From Opitutaceae bacterium UBA3033 (GTDB taxonomy: Bacteria > Verrucomicrobiota > Verrucomicrobiia > Opitutales > Opitutaceae): a DNA stretch of 53,020 bases. This document shows, in pieces, positions 19,178-29,239 of this stretch; position 1 is the stretch's first letter, and each line of letters begins with the position of its first letter. A program made the position numbers and the translations under genes. The stretch covers positions 5,391-58,410 of the forward strand of contig DFDG01000055.1 in assembly GCA_002367815.1 (NCBI GenBank), read 5' to 3'. The notes beneath the pieces are model-generated. The model was not told the DNA's origin, made no database searches, and saw nothing but the letters and a program-made list of their open reading frames with translations.

Positions 19178-20664
19178 GGTTCAATCTCCTCGGGATAATA
19201 ACGTAGAATGGATTCGGCGAAACGGGCGAGACCGGTGCCGTGCCCGCATAGACTGGTGAGTTTCAATGCGGTTACGAGGTCGCGACATTCCTGCAAATCG
19301 GCCTTGGTCGCGTCGCCCGCCATGGCGTTGGCAAAAATATCCTCGATCCGCGCGCTGCCACTGCGGCATGGCGTGCACTTGCCGCAAGACTCGTAGGCGC
19401 CAAACGAGAATACGTGTTCCACGAGATCGGGGATGGAGGTATGTTCGTCAAAAGCCACGACCCCGCCGTGACCGACGCCCGCGCCAATCGCGCCGAGTTC
19501 TTCAAACCCGAGCGGCGTATCCACCAAGTGCGGCGGGATCATCCCAATGATCGGACCACCGATGATGACGCCCTTCAAAGTGCCGCCGCCACGCAGGCCA
19601 CCGCCAAGTTCTTCGATGATGTGGCGCACGGTGACGCCAAACTCGACCTCGTAAAGACCGGGCCGATTGAACAGTGAATTGAGCGAAAGCACCTTGGTGC
19701 CACGACTCTTGGAGAACCCAAGTTCGGCATAAGCTTCACCACCATGATTAACGATCCAAGGGATGTTGATGAGAGTCTCGACGTTGTTGAGCAGAGTGGG
19801 TTTACCCCAAAGCCCACTCTCGGTCGGATACGGAGGCCGCGCCATGACCTCAGGCCGATTGCCTTCAATCGAGCGCAGGAGTGAAGTTTCCTCACCGCAC
19901 ACATAACTGCCGTGGCCGGCATAGACCTCGAGTTCGAAGGAAAAATCCGTGCCGCCAATCTTATCGCCCAGCCAACCCGCCGCGTGGGCATCAACTAACG
20001 CTTGGCGAAGGACCGTGCCGGAAAGGGGATATTCGCTCCGCAGATAAATATAGCCCTTGGCTGCACCCACCGCATAGGCGGCGAGGATCATGCCCTCGAT
20101 CAAACTGTGGGGATCGTCCTCCATGAGGTAGCGATCAATGTAGGCGCCGGCATCCCCTTCGTCGGCATTGGCGACCACGTAGCGGACTTGCTCCTTCTGT
20201 CCGGCGACCGAGCGCCATTTGCGACCGGCGGGAAACCCTGCCCCACCCCGACCGCGCAAACTGGATTTCTCTACCGCGGAAAGCACGTCCTCCGGGGAAG
20301 ATTTCAAAGCCTTGGCCAAGGCCGTATAGCCATCCTGCTCAATGTAAGCCTTGATCGTTCGCGCATTACCATTGGCCAGGCGACCTAGCACGACGCTCTG
20401 ACGGGACGTGATTTTGACGGGCGGACGTGGGTTGGTCTGCCCTTTGGCGGGGGCCGCAAAACATTCCCCCAAGCAATATACTCGTGGTTTGTTCTGCATC
20501 GCCTCGGCCCAGCAACCCGGATTCAGATGGCGGGCCGCAAAACACGCGGTGCCCTGACAGGCTTTGCCGGCATGCTCACCCTTGGTGAGATGATAGAATG
20601 ACTCGACGTCTGCGCGCAAGGGATGCGCGCCGTTGAAGAGAGAAGGGGTCTGGGTGGAGTTCAT
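19165..20664 (-). CDS. NuoF/FdsB-like FMN/NADH-binding subunit with a short fused NuoE-like 2Fe-2S domain
   Basis: LRGRGGAGFP, NADEGD, YVCGEETSLL, NNVETL, ESCGKCTPCR..LCGHG. N-terminal SFY..CQGTAC..CLGEC. Confidence 0.9.
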   Translation of the reverse strand: MNSTQTPSLFNGAHPLRADVESFYHLTKGEHAGKACQGTACFAARHLNPGCWAEAMQNKPRVYCLGECFAAPAKGQTNPRPPVKITSRQSVVLGRLANGNARTIKAYIEQDGYTALAKALKSSPEDVLSAVEKSSLRGRGGAGFPAGRKWRSVAGQKEQVRYVVANADEGDAGAYIDRYLMEDDPHSLIEGMILAAYAVGAAKGYIYLRSEYPLSGTVLRQALVDAHAAGWLGDKIGGTDFSFELEVYAGHGSYVCGEETSLLRSIEGNRPEVMARPPYPTESGLWGKPTLLNNVETLINIPWIVNHGGEAYAELGFSKSRGTKVLSLNSLFNRPGLYEVEFGVTVRHIIEELGGGLRGGGTLKGVIIGGPIIGMIPPHLVDTPLGFEELGAIGAGVGHGGVVAFDEHTSIPDLVEHVFSFGAYESCGKCTPCRSGSARIEDIFANAMAGDATKADLQECRDLVTALKLTSLCGHGTGLARFAESILRYYPEEIEPCFK

Positions 20665-20873
20665 TTCGCGATTGCGACAGTTATCCTGATAAGTCGGCCA
20701 CGGCAACCTGAACGGATACCTAAGTGGGTTCAAGGCCAGTTCACTCGCCCGGCGCCGTCTTTGTCCAGACACAATCAATCCTAATCCTGATTAATATGAC
20801 GGTTGATACATTGATCCAAATCCACGCACGCGGCTTCACATTTTCAAAATGAAGCGTATTAATAATTACTACC

Positions 20874-21146
20874 GTGTTCGCCAACTTGCTACGTCTCATC
20901 TCCCGACCACCGATAACCGCTGCCGACTCGGGCTCCGTGCTGGAGGTAAACGTGCGCGCCAAGCCGGTGCCCTTTCACCGGGTTGAGCGTTTCATTATGA
21001 TTTGCTGGGTGCTGATCGCGATCAAGCACGTCGCCATCATCTATGCCTGCAATCACTGGCCGGTGCCCTTTCACCAGCTCTGGATCAACGCCCCCACCTT
21101 TGCGTTGGGTTTGCTGGCGACGGTGGTCTATTACGGTCGGCGTTGA
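20874..21146 (+). CDS. Small hypothetical membrane protein (2 TM)
   Basis: 90-aa ORF with two hydrophobic segments filling the gap before the DUF5069-like gene. Confidence 0.65.
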   Translation: MFANLLRLISRPPITAADSGSVLEVNVRAKPVPFHRVERFIMICWVLIAIKHVAIIYACNHWPVPFHQLWINAPTFALGLLATVVYYGRR

Positions 21147-21197
21147 ACCGAACTTTTCAGCTCGCGGAAGCCCGACAAAACGTGGAAATGATTCCCT

Positions 21198-21644
21198 ATG
21201 CCAAACGTGCCCGGACTTCGCAGCATCTATAACCGAGTCGGTCGACTCGTCTATTTTGGGCGCATGCTCGACAAAATCCGGCTTAACGCCGCCGGCCAAT
21301 TGCCGAGCGATTACGTCGCCAATGTCGGCAGCGGATTTGACGATCGATGCTGTCATTTTTTGAAAGTCGATCATGCGGCGTTCCAAAAACGCACCCTTGC
21401 CGGTGGCACCGATGAGGAGATTCTCGCCTGGTGCCATGAACAGGGCGGCGTTCGCAGCGACATGGATTGCGAGGTATGGAACGGTTTCATGATGAAACGC
21501 GGCTGGCGCGATACTTTGGCTGAACGTCTGCAATTACGGATCAAGGAATCGGGCTTCGAGGACAAGAGAATCGAGACCATGTTTGACTACATCGAATTCG
21601 ATGAAGGTCGCGATCCCGTGACAAGCCGCGCTTGGGCCCAGTGA
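21198..21644 (+). CDS. DUF5069-like protein
   Basis: LRS...LVYFGRMLDKIRL, GFDDRCCHFL, FDYIEFDEGR. Confidence 0.85.
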   Translation: MPNVPGLRSIYNRVGRLVYFGRMLDKIRLNAAGQLPSDYVANVGSGFDDRCCHFLKVDHAAFQKRTLAGGTDEEILAWCHEQGGVRSDMDCEVWNGFMMKRGWRDTLAERLQLRIKESGFEDKRIETMFDYIEFDEGRDPVTSRAWAQ

Positions 21645-22138
21645 CTTCGCCACGGGTAATCGTCGTCATGGGTGTGGCCGGCTGTGGTAAAACCACCGTC
21701 GGGGAACAACTCGCTCGTGAATTGGGCTGGCGCTTCAATGATGCCGACGGATTTCACCCGGCGGCGAATGTGGCCAAAATGAGTGCCGGCATTCCTCTCA
21801 CCGATGAAGACCGAGCGCCCTGGTTGGCGGCCATGCGAAAGCATATCGAAGATTGTCTCGAAAAAAATACCGGGGCCGTGGTCACCTGTTCGGCATTAAA
21901 AGATGCCTACCGCCAAATCCTCGTCGTTGATCCGCCACGCGTGAAACTGGTCTATTTGCAAGGCACACGTGATTTGCTTTGGCAGCGCATTAGCAGCCGT
22001 AAGGGTCACTTCATGAAACCCGCCATGCTTGAAAGCCAACTGGCCACCTTGGAGGAACCGACCAATGCCCTCACCCTCAATATCGCACCGGGCCCGGACC
22101 AATTGGTCGCAAAAATCCGCAGCGCGTTTTCATTGTGA
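21641..22138 (+). CDS. gntK: Gluconokinase (GntK/IdnK type)
   Basis: VMGVAGCGKTT P-loop, DADGFHP, GIPLTDEDRAPWL, CSALK, HFM..SQLATLE. Confidence 0.92.
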   Translation: MTSPRVIVVMGVAGCGKTTVGEQLARELGWRFNDADGFHPAANVAKMSAGIPLTDEDRAPWLAAMRKHIEDCLEKNTGAVVTCSALKDAYRQILVVDPPRVKLVYLQGTRDLLWQRISSRKGHFMKPAMLESQLATLEEPTNALTLNIAPGPDQLVAKIRSAFSL

Positions 22139-24531
22139 GTCTGTCACGCGGCAAATTCATCAAGTGGAGCGTAGCATTACTTGGCTTGGTCATATTGGTC
22201 GGGGCGCTCGGGTCCGTTTGGTTTTATCAACAGATGCGCGCCAGCCTCCCGCAATTGGAGGGCACCGCCGCGATACCCGGGCTTTCGGCGGGGGTTGTCA
22301 TTGAGCGGGATGCGTTGGGCGTGCCCACCGTGACCGGAGCAACCCGACTCGATGTGGCACAAGCCTTGGGCTGGCTCCATGCGCAGGATCGTTTCTTTCA
22401 AATGGATTTGATGAGACGGCGGGCTGCCGGCGAATTGGCCGCCTTGTTTGGATCCAAAGCCGTGCCGGCGGACCAGGCTGCCCGCACCCACGGGTTCCGC
22501 CGAACAGCCACAGAAGATATCGCAAAGTTCAACCCCAAGGAACGCGCTTTGATCGAGGCCTACACCGCCGGAGTAAATGCCGGTTTGCGGGCGTTGGCAG
22601 AAAAACCCGCCGAATATATTCTGTTGCGCGCTGTGCCACAAATATGGCGGGAGGAAGATTCCATTCTGGTGGCTTTGGCCATGGCCATGGAATTGCACGA
22701 CGAAGGCAACTACGAGCGATCGCTCGCGGCATTGCGTCTGGTTTATGGCGGGGATGCCGCCGACTTTTTTGCCCCATTGGTAACGATGGAAGACGCCGCT
22801 TTGGATCACAGCCGGCCCCAAACCACCCCGGCGGTCCCCACGGCCAAGGCCATCGATTTGCGCCGCCGGAATCCCACGGCCATGACGATCACTAATAATG
22901 AATGGTCGCATGCTGGGAGCAACAGTTTCGCCCTTGCCGGAGAACACACCGCCAGTGGGGTCGCCATGCTGGCCAACGATATGCACCTGCATTTACGCGT
23001 GCCCAATACCTGGTATCGCGCCTCGCTGGTCTGGTCCGACGACACCAAAACGAAGACGGGCAAGGCTCACAAAGTAACCGGCGTCACCTTGCCGGGGGTG
23101 CCGCTCGTTATCGCGGGGAGCAATGGACAGGTGGCTTGGGGCTTAACCAATGCCTACGCCGATATCAGCGACATTGTCGTGGTAGAGCCCAGCGTCATCG
23201 CGCGCAGTCTCTACAAGCAAGGATCCGAACTGGTCAAATTCGAACGGCGACACGAAATCATCGAAGTCAAAGGCGGCGATCCCGTGGATCACGTGGTGGA
23301 GTGGACTGAATGGGGACCCGTGATCGGGATCGGCGACAAAACGCGACCGCTGGTGAATCGTTGGACCGCGCATTTGGCCGGTGGGATCAACCTGGCTCTA
23401 ATCGAATTGGAGACCGCACAGAATACGAACGACGCGCTCGACATGGCTCATCACGCGCGGATGCCGGCGCAAAATATTCTTATCGTGGACAAGCAGGGCA
23501 ACATAGGATGGACGATCGCCGGCGGGTTACCGCAACGCGCCGGCTACGATGGCCGTTATCCGGTTTCTTGGGCTTATGGCGACCGCTATTGGAAGGGGAT
23601 GGTGGCGGCCGAAAATGTGCCCACAATCGTCAACCCCGGCGAAGGTCGTCTATGGACCGCCAACAATCGCATCGTCGGTGGAACCGCTTTGGCCATCCTC
23701 GGCGACGGTGGATATGATCAACCCCAACGGGCCGCGCAAATTCGGGACCGGCTCGAGACATTGGAAAATGCGGTTCCCCAGGACCTGCTGGCCATCCAAC
23801 TGGATGATCAAGCCCCCATCCTGCATCGCTGGCGGCAACTCATTATGGACACGCTGTCTGCTGAGGCGACGGCCGATCACAAACCCAGGGCCGAATTGAA
23901 AAAGCAACTCACCGACTGGGATGCCAGAGCGCGGATCGATTCCGTGAGCTATCGCCTGGTGCGCGAGTTCCGGCAACAAACCGCCAATCTGGTTTTTAAC
24001 GCCCTATTCGCGCCGTGTGTGCACGAATACGACAAGTTTAATTGGCAACGCTTTCATTATGAACAACCGCTATGGACCCTGTTGTCTGAACAACCTCCAC
24101 ACCTGTTGAGTTCAAATTTCAACTCGTGGCATGAATTGCTCCTGACCGCGGTTGATCGCGTGATAGCAGAATTGGCAGCCCAGGACCTCGACCTTGATGA
24201 AGCCACATGGGGGCAACGTAATCGCGCCCAAATCCAACACCCATTGGCTCGAGTATTGCCCTCTTGGTTGGCCGGCTGGCTCAACCTGCCGGCCGATCCG
24301 CTGCCCGGTGACAGTTTAACCCCACGGGTTCAACGACCTGATTTCGGCGCCAGTGAACGCTTCGTGGTTTCACCCGGCCGCGAGTCCGAGGGTTTGTTTC
24401 ATATGCCCGGCGGTCAGAGTGGCCACCCGCTGTCGCCTTTCTATCGTGCCGGACATGATGCCTGGGTGCGGGGCAACCCCACTCCATTTCTTCCGGGAGA
24501 GACAAAGCACATTCTTACGCTGACGCCTTGA
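22135..24531 (+). CDS. Penicillin acylase family (S45) Ntn-hydrolase
   Basis: HAQDRFFQMDLMRR, autocleavage site G|SNSFA, LANDMHL, TANN, PGGQSGHPLSPFY; N-terminal TM/signal. Confidence 0.93.
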   Translation: MSLSRGKFIKWSVALLGLVILVGALGSVWFYQQMRASLPQLEGTAAIPGLSAGVVIERDALGVPTVTGATRLDVAQALGWLHAQDRFFQMDLMRRRAAGELAALFGSKAVPADQAARTHGFRRTATEDIAKFNPKERALIEAYTAGVNAGLRALAEKPAEYILLRAVPQIWREEDSILVALAMAMELHDEGNYERSLAALRLVYGGDAADFFAPLVTMEDAALDHSRPQTTPAVPTAKAIDLRRRNPTAMTITNNEWSHAGSNSFALAGEHTASGVAMLANDMHLHLRVPNTWYRASLVWSDDTKTKTGKAHKVTGVTLPGVPLVIAGSNGQVAWGLTNAYADISDIVVVEPSVIARSLYKQGSELVKFERRHEIIEVKGGDPVDHVVEWTEWGPVIGIGDKTRPLVNRWTAHLAGGINLALIELETAQNTNDALDMAHHARMPAQNILIVDKQGNIGWTIAGGLPQRAGYDGRYPVSWAYGDRYWKGMVAAENVPTIVNPGEGRLWTANNRIVGGTALAILGDGGYDQPQRAAQIRDRLETLENAVPQDLLAIQLDDQAPILHRWRQLIMDTLSAEATADHKPRAELKKQLTDWDARARIDSVSYRLVREFRQQTANLVFNALFAPCVHEYDKFNWQRFHYEQPLWTLLSEQPPHLLSSNFNSWHELLLTAVDRVIAELAAQDLDLDEATWGQRNRAQIQHPLARVLPSWLAGWLNLPADPLPGDSLTPRVQRPDFGASERFVVSPGRESEGLFHMPGGQSGHPLSPFYRAGHDAWVRGNPTPFLPGETKHILTLTP

Positions 24532-24597
24532 ACCCCGACGGTTGAATTTGGCATTGTCCCAAACCACTGCAACCAGCTTGCTAGCGGCACCGCGCAA

Positions 24598-25290
24598 ATG
24601 AACTCCCGTAAAAAAAGTTACACGGTATATTTCGGCAGTGAGTTGTTCAGCCTCAAACATCTCATCGGCAACGCCTATCTCGCGGAAGCCATCTACGAAA
24701 AGTCGCACGGCAAATACCGGTGCAAGCTGCCGCAGGATTTTGAACCCCGCGGCAAAAACCCCCGCTCAGTGCGTGATCAGGATATCAAGACATTGCTGAA
24801 GTGCGATCTGGGGCTGTTCAACTACGATGGCTCGGAACTCGATTCCGGCACCGTGATCGAATACATGATCGCGAAATTCGCCGATATTCCATCGGTGATT
24901 TTGCGCAGCGACATTCGGCAGGCCGGTGATGGCAATGATCCGTGGAACCTGATGTCGAGCTTCTTTCCCCGCACCATAAACGTCGTCGCCAACAGTCTCG
25001 GCGATTACAAGGTGATCACTAAACAACGCCGGCGAAAACTCGACGATACCATTCGGCTCGCCGGGCAACAAAGTTCGGCCGATGCCCAACTGATGTGTGA
25101 ACACGTGGCCTCCCAATGCGTGCGCGCACTGGATCGCGCGCTACAATTGAAACCGGCCCTGCCAAAGCGCCTCCGATCCGATGTTTATAAATGGATCGCC
25201 CTGATGCCCGGATTGCGCGGCAAAACAAATATTCTAAACAAGGAATTGAAGACGATCCTGGACGGCAAGGTCGCGAAGCGCCTGTTGTAA
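24598..25290 (+). CDS. Nucleoside 2-deoxyribosyltransferase-like protein
   Basis: VYFGSELF, LPQD, D....D, DSGTVIEY (catalytic Glu), WNLM; adjacent to upp. Confidence 0.75.
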   Translation: MNSRKKSYTVYFGSELFSLKHLIGNAYLAEAIYEKSHGKYRCKLPQDFEPRGKNPRSVRDQDIKTLLKCDLGLFNYDGSELDSGTVIEYMIAKFADIPSVILRSDIRQAGDGNDPWNLMSSFFPRTINVVANSLGDYKVITKQRRRKLDDTIRLAGQQSSADAQLMCEHVASQCVRALDRALQLKPALPKRLRSDVYKWIALMPGLRGKTNILNKELKTILDGKVAKRLL

Positions 25291-25364
25291 ACCCGTTAAG
25301 GCAGTCCCCATGATCACAGGTCATCCCTTTTGATTTTCGCCCCAACTCAAACCCGGTTCAAACC

Positions 25365-25982
25365 ATGGCCTTACACGTTCTCCAACACCCATTTGCCGTC
25401 CATGTAATGACGCATCTGCGCGATCAAACCACCAAACCCGCGACATTCCGCACCCTCGCCTATCAGCTTGGACTGCTGTTGGCCTTCGAAGCAACCCGTG
25501 ATCTCGTGACCCAGGATAAGAACGTGGAAACTCCACTGGAACCATACACCGGCAAAGTATTTGCCCGACCGTTGGTGGTGGTGCCCATCCTGCGAGCAGG
25601 CCTCGGGATGATGCAGCCCTTTCTCGATCTCTTCCCCGATGTAAGTGTCGGTTATGTGGGACTTGAGCGCGATCATGAGACCGCCGTCGCCCGGAGTTAC
25701 TACTGTAAATTACCGCCGTTGGCTGGCACTCGCGTGCTGGTGCTCGACCCCATGCTGGCGACCGGTGGCTCCGCCGCACAGGCCCTGACCGTCGTCAAGG
25801 AAGCGGGAGCTAAGGACATTTCTTTCGTCTGCATTGTGTCCTCACCCGAAGGGGTTGAAACCGTGAGCAACGCCCATCCCGGCGTGCCAATATTCACGGC
25901 GGCCCACGACCGGGAGCTCAATGATCGGAAATATATTCTGCCGGGATTGGGCGACTTCGGCGACCGCCTTTACGGCACTTGA
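25365..25982 (+). CDS. upp: Uracil phosphoribosyltransferase
   Basis: VPILRAG, LDPMLATGGS, YILPGLGDFGDRLYGT. Confidence 0.96.
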   Translation: MALHVLQHPFAVHVMTHLRDQTTKPATFRTLAYQLGLLLAFEATRDLVTQDKNVETPLEPYTGKVFARPLVVVPILRAGLGMMQPFLDLFPDVSVGYVGLERDHETAVARSYYCKLPPLAGTRVLVLDPMLATGGSAAQALTVVKEAGAKDISFVCIVSSPEGVETVSNAHPGVPIFTAAHDRELNDRKYILPGLGDFGDRLYGT

Positions 25983-25985
25983 GCA

Positions 25986-26456
25986 TCATTCGGGCGCATC
26001 CCATTCGCGCAGCATCTCCTGCACCACCGGATTCAAATCCCCGGGCATCAATTCCGCCAAAATTTTATCGATGTCAGGATCAAACAACGCCGTGGCTTCC
26101 GGCCAACGTATCGCCGCAGTCAGCAAAGCGCTGAGGGCAAGTTGGCGTGAGCTGAAGGCCAGATCGGTTCGCTCCATGGCATCATAAACCAGCGCCCCTT
26201 CCTCCAGGATCGCGGCATAGGTGGCCACCTTTTCAGCCGCTACTTCCGGGGTATACCCTTGGCCCAACAATTCAATTTGCTCCGTCAAGGCCAACGCTAT
26301 GACCTCCGCCACCGGTCGCTGGAATAGCTGCTGCTGGGCGTGCATCACCGCGTGCAATGCCTCTTTCGCCCCACTGGGTCCTCCGGTCCCGATCGCCCCG
26401 CGCACAAATTGCTGCAATTCACCAATCATGCGGAGGATGTAATCTTGGCGTTGCAT
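25986..26456 (-). CDS. Hypothetical helical protein
   Basis: MQRQDYILRMI start pattern; convergent with upp. Confidence 0.7.
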   Translation of the reverse strand: MQRQDYILRMIGELQQFVRGAIGTGGPSGAKEALHAVMHAQQQLFQRPVAEVIALALTEQIELLGQGYTPEVAAEKVATYAAILEEGALVYDAMERTDLAFSSRQLALSALLTAAIRWPEATALFDPDIDKILAELMPGDLNPVVQEMLREWDAPE

Positions 26457-26493
26457 AGTGCAGGAGCTCCGAAAGCTCACTCCATGACCCGTT

Positions 26494-26531
26494 AAAAAGC
26501 AAACCGGCCCGAAGACAAATCCTCGGACCGG
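26494..26531 (-). terminator. Intrinsic terminator after the DUF481-like gene
   Basis: CCGGTCCGAGGA-TTTG-TCTTCGGGCCGG-TTTGCTTTTT. Confidence 0.7.
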
Positions 26532-26553
26532 CGAAAACGGAGCAACGGTGCGA

Positions 26554-27618
26554 TTACTTCCAGTTCAACACCAGACGGGTGAAGTAGGACGTATCCAGCT
26601 CTTCGACGCCCAAGCCCGGTTGGCTATTGAAATCGTTGCTCAATCCAAGCCGCAGTTTCCACGAGGGATTGCTCAAAGGCAGTTCGTAAAAGGATTCATG
26701 CTTGATCGTGTAATTGCCGAAATCTTCAAAAGCCGGCACGTAGGCGAGGCGGTTGACCAGTTTGGCATCACCAAATTCCCATTCGTGATTCAAGCCAAAG
26801 TCGAGACCGGCGCTCTTCACGTCATCGGTCGCGACATTTTTGTAGCCTTCATAGCGAAACGATATACCCGCGCGACCCGTGAGGGTGCGCTTGGCTTCCT
26901 TGATAAAATCATAACCCAGACCGGCGCCGGCCACGTTGTAGAGATCGATATCCTTCACCCGGTCAAATCCGAGTTCATCGCGCACATACCACGACTTGCG
27001 GCCGGAAAAATTGTTTTGGTAATCCGCGCCGGACTTTAATTGATCGGCCGATTTAACGCCATCGGAATCCTGCCGGTCATAACTGGTATAAAACTGCAAA
27101 GTGTCCACTGGAGTTTTCAATGTAGCGCGAGCGCTGAACGCCGTGCCGAGCTGGCTCTTGTTGCCGCTCTTGCCGTTGGCATCGACCGCCACTTCGTAGG
27201 TCCAATGCCGTTCCAAAGCTGCCGCTTTCTTGCGTAAAGCCACCACTTGAGGGTCCTCCTCCCCCGCGGCCCATAATGCCGCTACTTTTTCAACACGGGT
27301 GCTTAAAACCCCATCCTCACCGGCAATCTTGATGGATTCCCCTTCACTGGCGACCGTGCCTTGCAGCGTTGTGCCACTGGCGAGACGCACAAATATCGGC
27401 GCATCCGTGCTCATGCCGACTACTTCGCTCTGCTTGATGACGAGGTCCCCGGCGTAATCCGTGGTGACGAATATCTTGCCGTCTTCGATCTTGGTAACTT
27501 GGCCCACGATTCGAGCGCCGTTCTTGGTCTCGACAACATCAGCCTGCAAGAGGGATATACCCAAAAGGAATGCCAAAGTCAGGCTGAGTAGCCGTCTGGT
27601 GTAATAAATAAGGATCAT
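26554..27618 (-). CDS. DUF481/YdiY-like outer-membrane beta-barrel protein
   Basis: Signal peptide, ADVVETKNG N-domain, amphipathic strands, GAGLGYDF, C-terminal aromatic (LVLNWK). Confidence 0.8.
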   Translation of the reverse strand: MILIYYTRRLLSLTLAFLLGISLLQADVVETKNGARIVGQVTKIEDGKIFVTTDYAGDLVIKQSEVVGMSTDAPIFVRLASGTTLQGTVASEGESIKIAGEDGVLSTRVEKVAALWAAGEEDPQVVALRKKAAALERHWTYEVAVDANGKSGNKSQLGTAFSARATLKTPVDTLQFYTSYDRQDSDGVKSADQLKSGADYQNNFSGRKSWYVRDELGFDRVKDIDLYNVAGAGLGYDFIKEAKRTLTGRAGISFRYEGYKNVATDDVKSAGLDFGLNHEWEFGDAKLVNRLAYVPAFEDFGNYTIKHESFYELPLSNPSWKLRLGLSNDFNSQPGLGVEELDTSYFTRLVLNWK

Positions 27619-27761
27619 GGTAGTGTTTAATGGGACATTTATACCATTTTCCCTATATTTATCCTAGTGCTTTATCCCTATATTTTTGCATAATTGCGCT
27701 TACTCGCATGAATTCGTTTTTCGGGTTCACCTGTCACGAAAATGACCCATGGTTCTGATTC

Positions 27762-28664
27762 ATGATACCCGAACGTCCCGCCATTCTGCTCGCCGACCAT
27801 TGGCAGGATTACCAATTACTCGATAGTGGAGATGGTATGAAACAGGAACGCTGGGGCGACTACACCCTTGTGCGGCCTGATCCACAAATCATCTGGCCTC
27901 GGCATGGGCAAAAACCGGGCGCAACCTGGAAAGAGTGGGACGGGTTTTATCATCGCAGCGACAGTGGAGGCGGGCGGTGGGAATACCGTCGCCCTCTGCC
28001 TGACCACTGGAACGTGCGCTACGATCGCCTGAATCTCACTTTCAAGATTCGGCCCACGAATTTCAAACACACCGGGTTATTCCCCGAACAAGCCGTGAAT
28101 TGGGAATGGTTCAGTGCCCGGATCAAATCTGCCATCGCGGCGGGTCGGGAAATCAACGTGCTCAACCTTTTTGGCTACACCGGTGCGGCTAGTTGTGCCG
28201 CTGCGGCCGCCGGGGCGAGCGTCTGCCATGTCGATGCCGCCGAAGGTATGGTAAAGTGGTGCCGCGAGAACGCCGCCTTGTCCGGTCTGGAGAAAGCACC
28301 CATCCGATATATCGCGGATGATTGCCTGAAATTTGTCCAACGCGAGGCCCGCCGTGGTCGTCGCTACGATGCGATTATTATGGACCCACCCACTTTTGGG
28401 CGCGGCAGCACGGGTGAGATGTGGAAACTGGAAGACCACCTCTGGACCCTGCTGACCGAGTGCCGCGAATTATTGAGTGACAAACCGCTGTTTTTTCTGA
28501 TCAACGCCTACACCGCGCGCCTGTCGCCCACCGTCGTGGCCAACCTGCTGGCGGAGTTACTGCACGGCCGCAAAGGAAAGATCACCGCCGGCGAAGTAGG
28601 CCTGCCGATCAAGCAAGACGGCAAGGTTCTGCCCTGCGGGATCTATGGCCGCTGGGAAGCGTAA
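27762..28664 (+). CDS. Class I SAM-dependent methyltransferase (RlmI/RlmK-like)
   Basis: YQLLDSGDG.K.ERWG, KHTGLFPEQ, VLNLFGYTG, IIMDPPTFG. Confidence 0.88.
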   Translation: MIPERPAILLADHWQDYQLLDSGDGMKQERWGDYTLVRPDPQIIWPRHGQKPGATWKEWDGFYHRSDSGGGRWEYRRPLPDHWNVRYDRLNLTFKIRPTNFKHTGLFPEQAVNWEWFSARIKSAIAAGREINVLNLFGYTGAASCAAAAAGASVCHVDAAEGMVKWCRENAALSGLEKAPIRYIADDCLKFVQREARRGRRYDAIIMDPPTFGRGSTGEMWKLEDHLWTLLTECRELLSDKPLFFLINAYTARLSPTVVANLLAELLHGRKGKITAGEVGLPIKQDGKVLPCGIYGRWEA

Positions 28665-28780
28665 AGGTTTGGCGATAACAGATCGGTTACTGGCAGCTGG
28701 GAGGGAGGTTGATTCGGAATAAATCCGAACGCCTTTTCGCGGATCTCTTTGTTTCCCAATTTCAAACTCCGAACCCCGAC

Positions 28781-29239
28781 TTACCGATATTCGGCCAGTT
28801 CCAAAATCACTCCGTCTGGATCGAGAAAATAGACCAGGGTTTTTTCACCCTGATCATGTTCCACCACTCCATGGGGCACTTTTACCGGATCACTGAATAC
28901 CTCGACTCCGGCGGCGCGAAGTTTCGCCGTCATCGCATGAATATCATCCACGCGTAACGCCACATGCCGCAACCCTCGCGTATTGGCCCGCCGATTGGCT
29001 GTTGGATCCTCACCCATCGGGGCATCGTAACACAGCAACTCAATCCGCGGTTCACCGGCCGGTGCCACCACATAGGCCACGCGACCTTTCACGCCCTTGA
29101 GTCCGACGATGCGATCAATCCACTCGCCCTCGAGTTGCGCCTGTTTCATCAAACGAAAACCCAGCAGCTCGGTATAAAAAGTCACCGATCGAGCCAGATC
29201 AGTGACGACAATGTTCAGATGATCGATCGCCCTTATCAT
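28781..29239 (-). CDS. VOC/glyoxalase family protein
   Basis: IDHLNIVV, FY..LLGF, IELL, LRHVALRVDD, DPDGVILEL. Confidence 0.9.
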   Translation of the reverse strand: MIRAIDHLNIVVTDLARSVTFYTELLGFRLMKQAQLEGEWIDRIVGLKGVKGRVAYVVAPAGEPRIELLCYDAPMGEDPTANRRANTRGLRHVALRVDDIHAMTAKLRAAGVEVFSDPVKVPHGVVEHDQGEKTLVYFLDPDGVILELAEYR

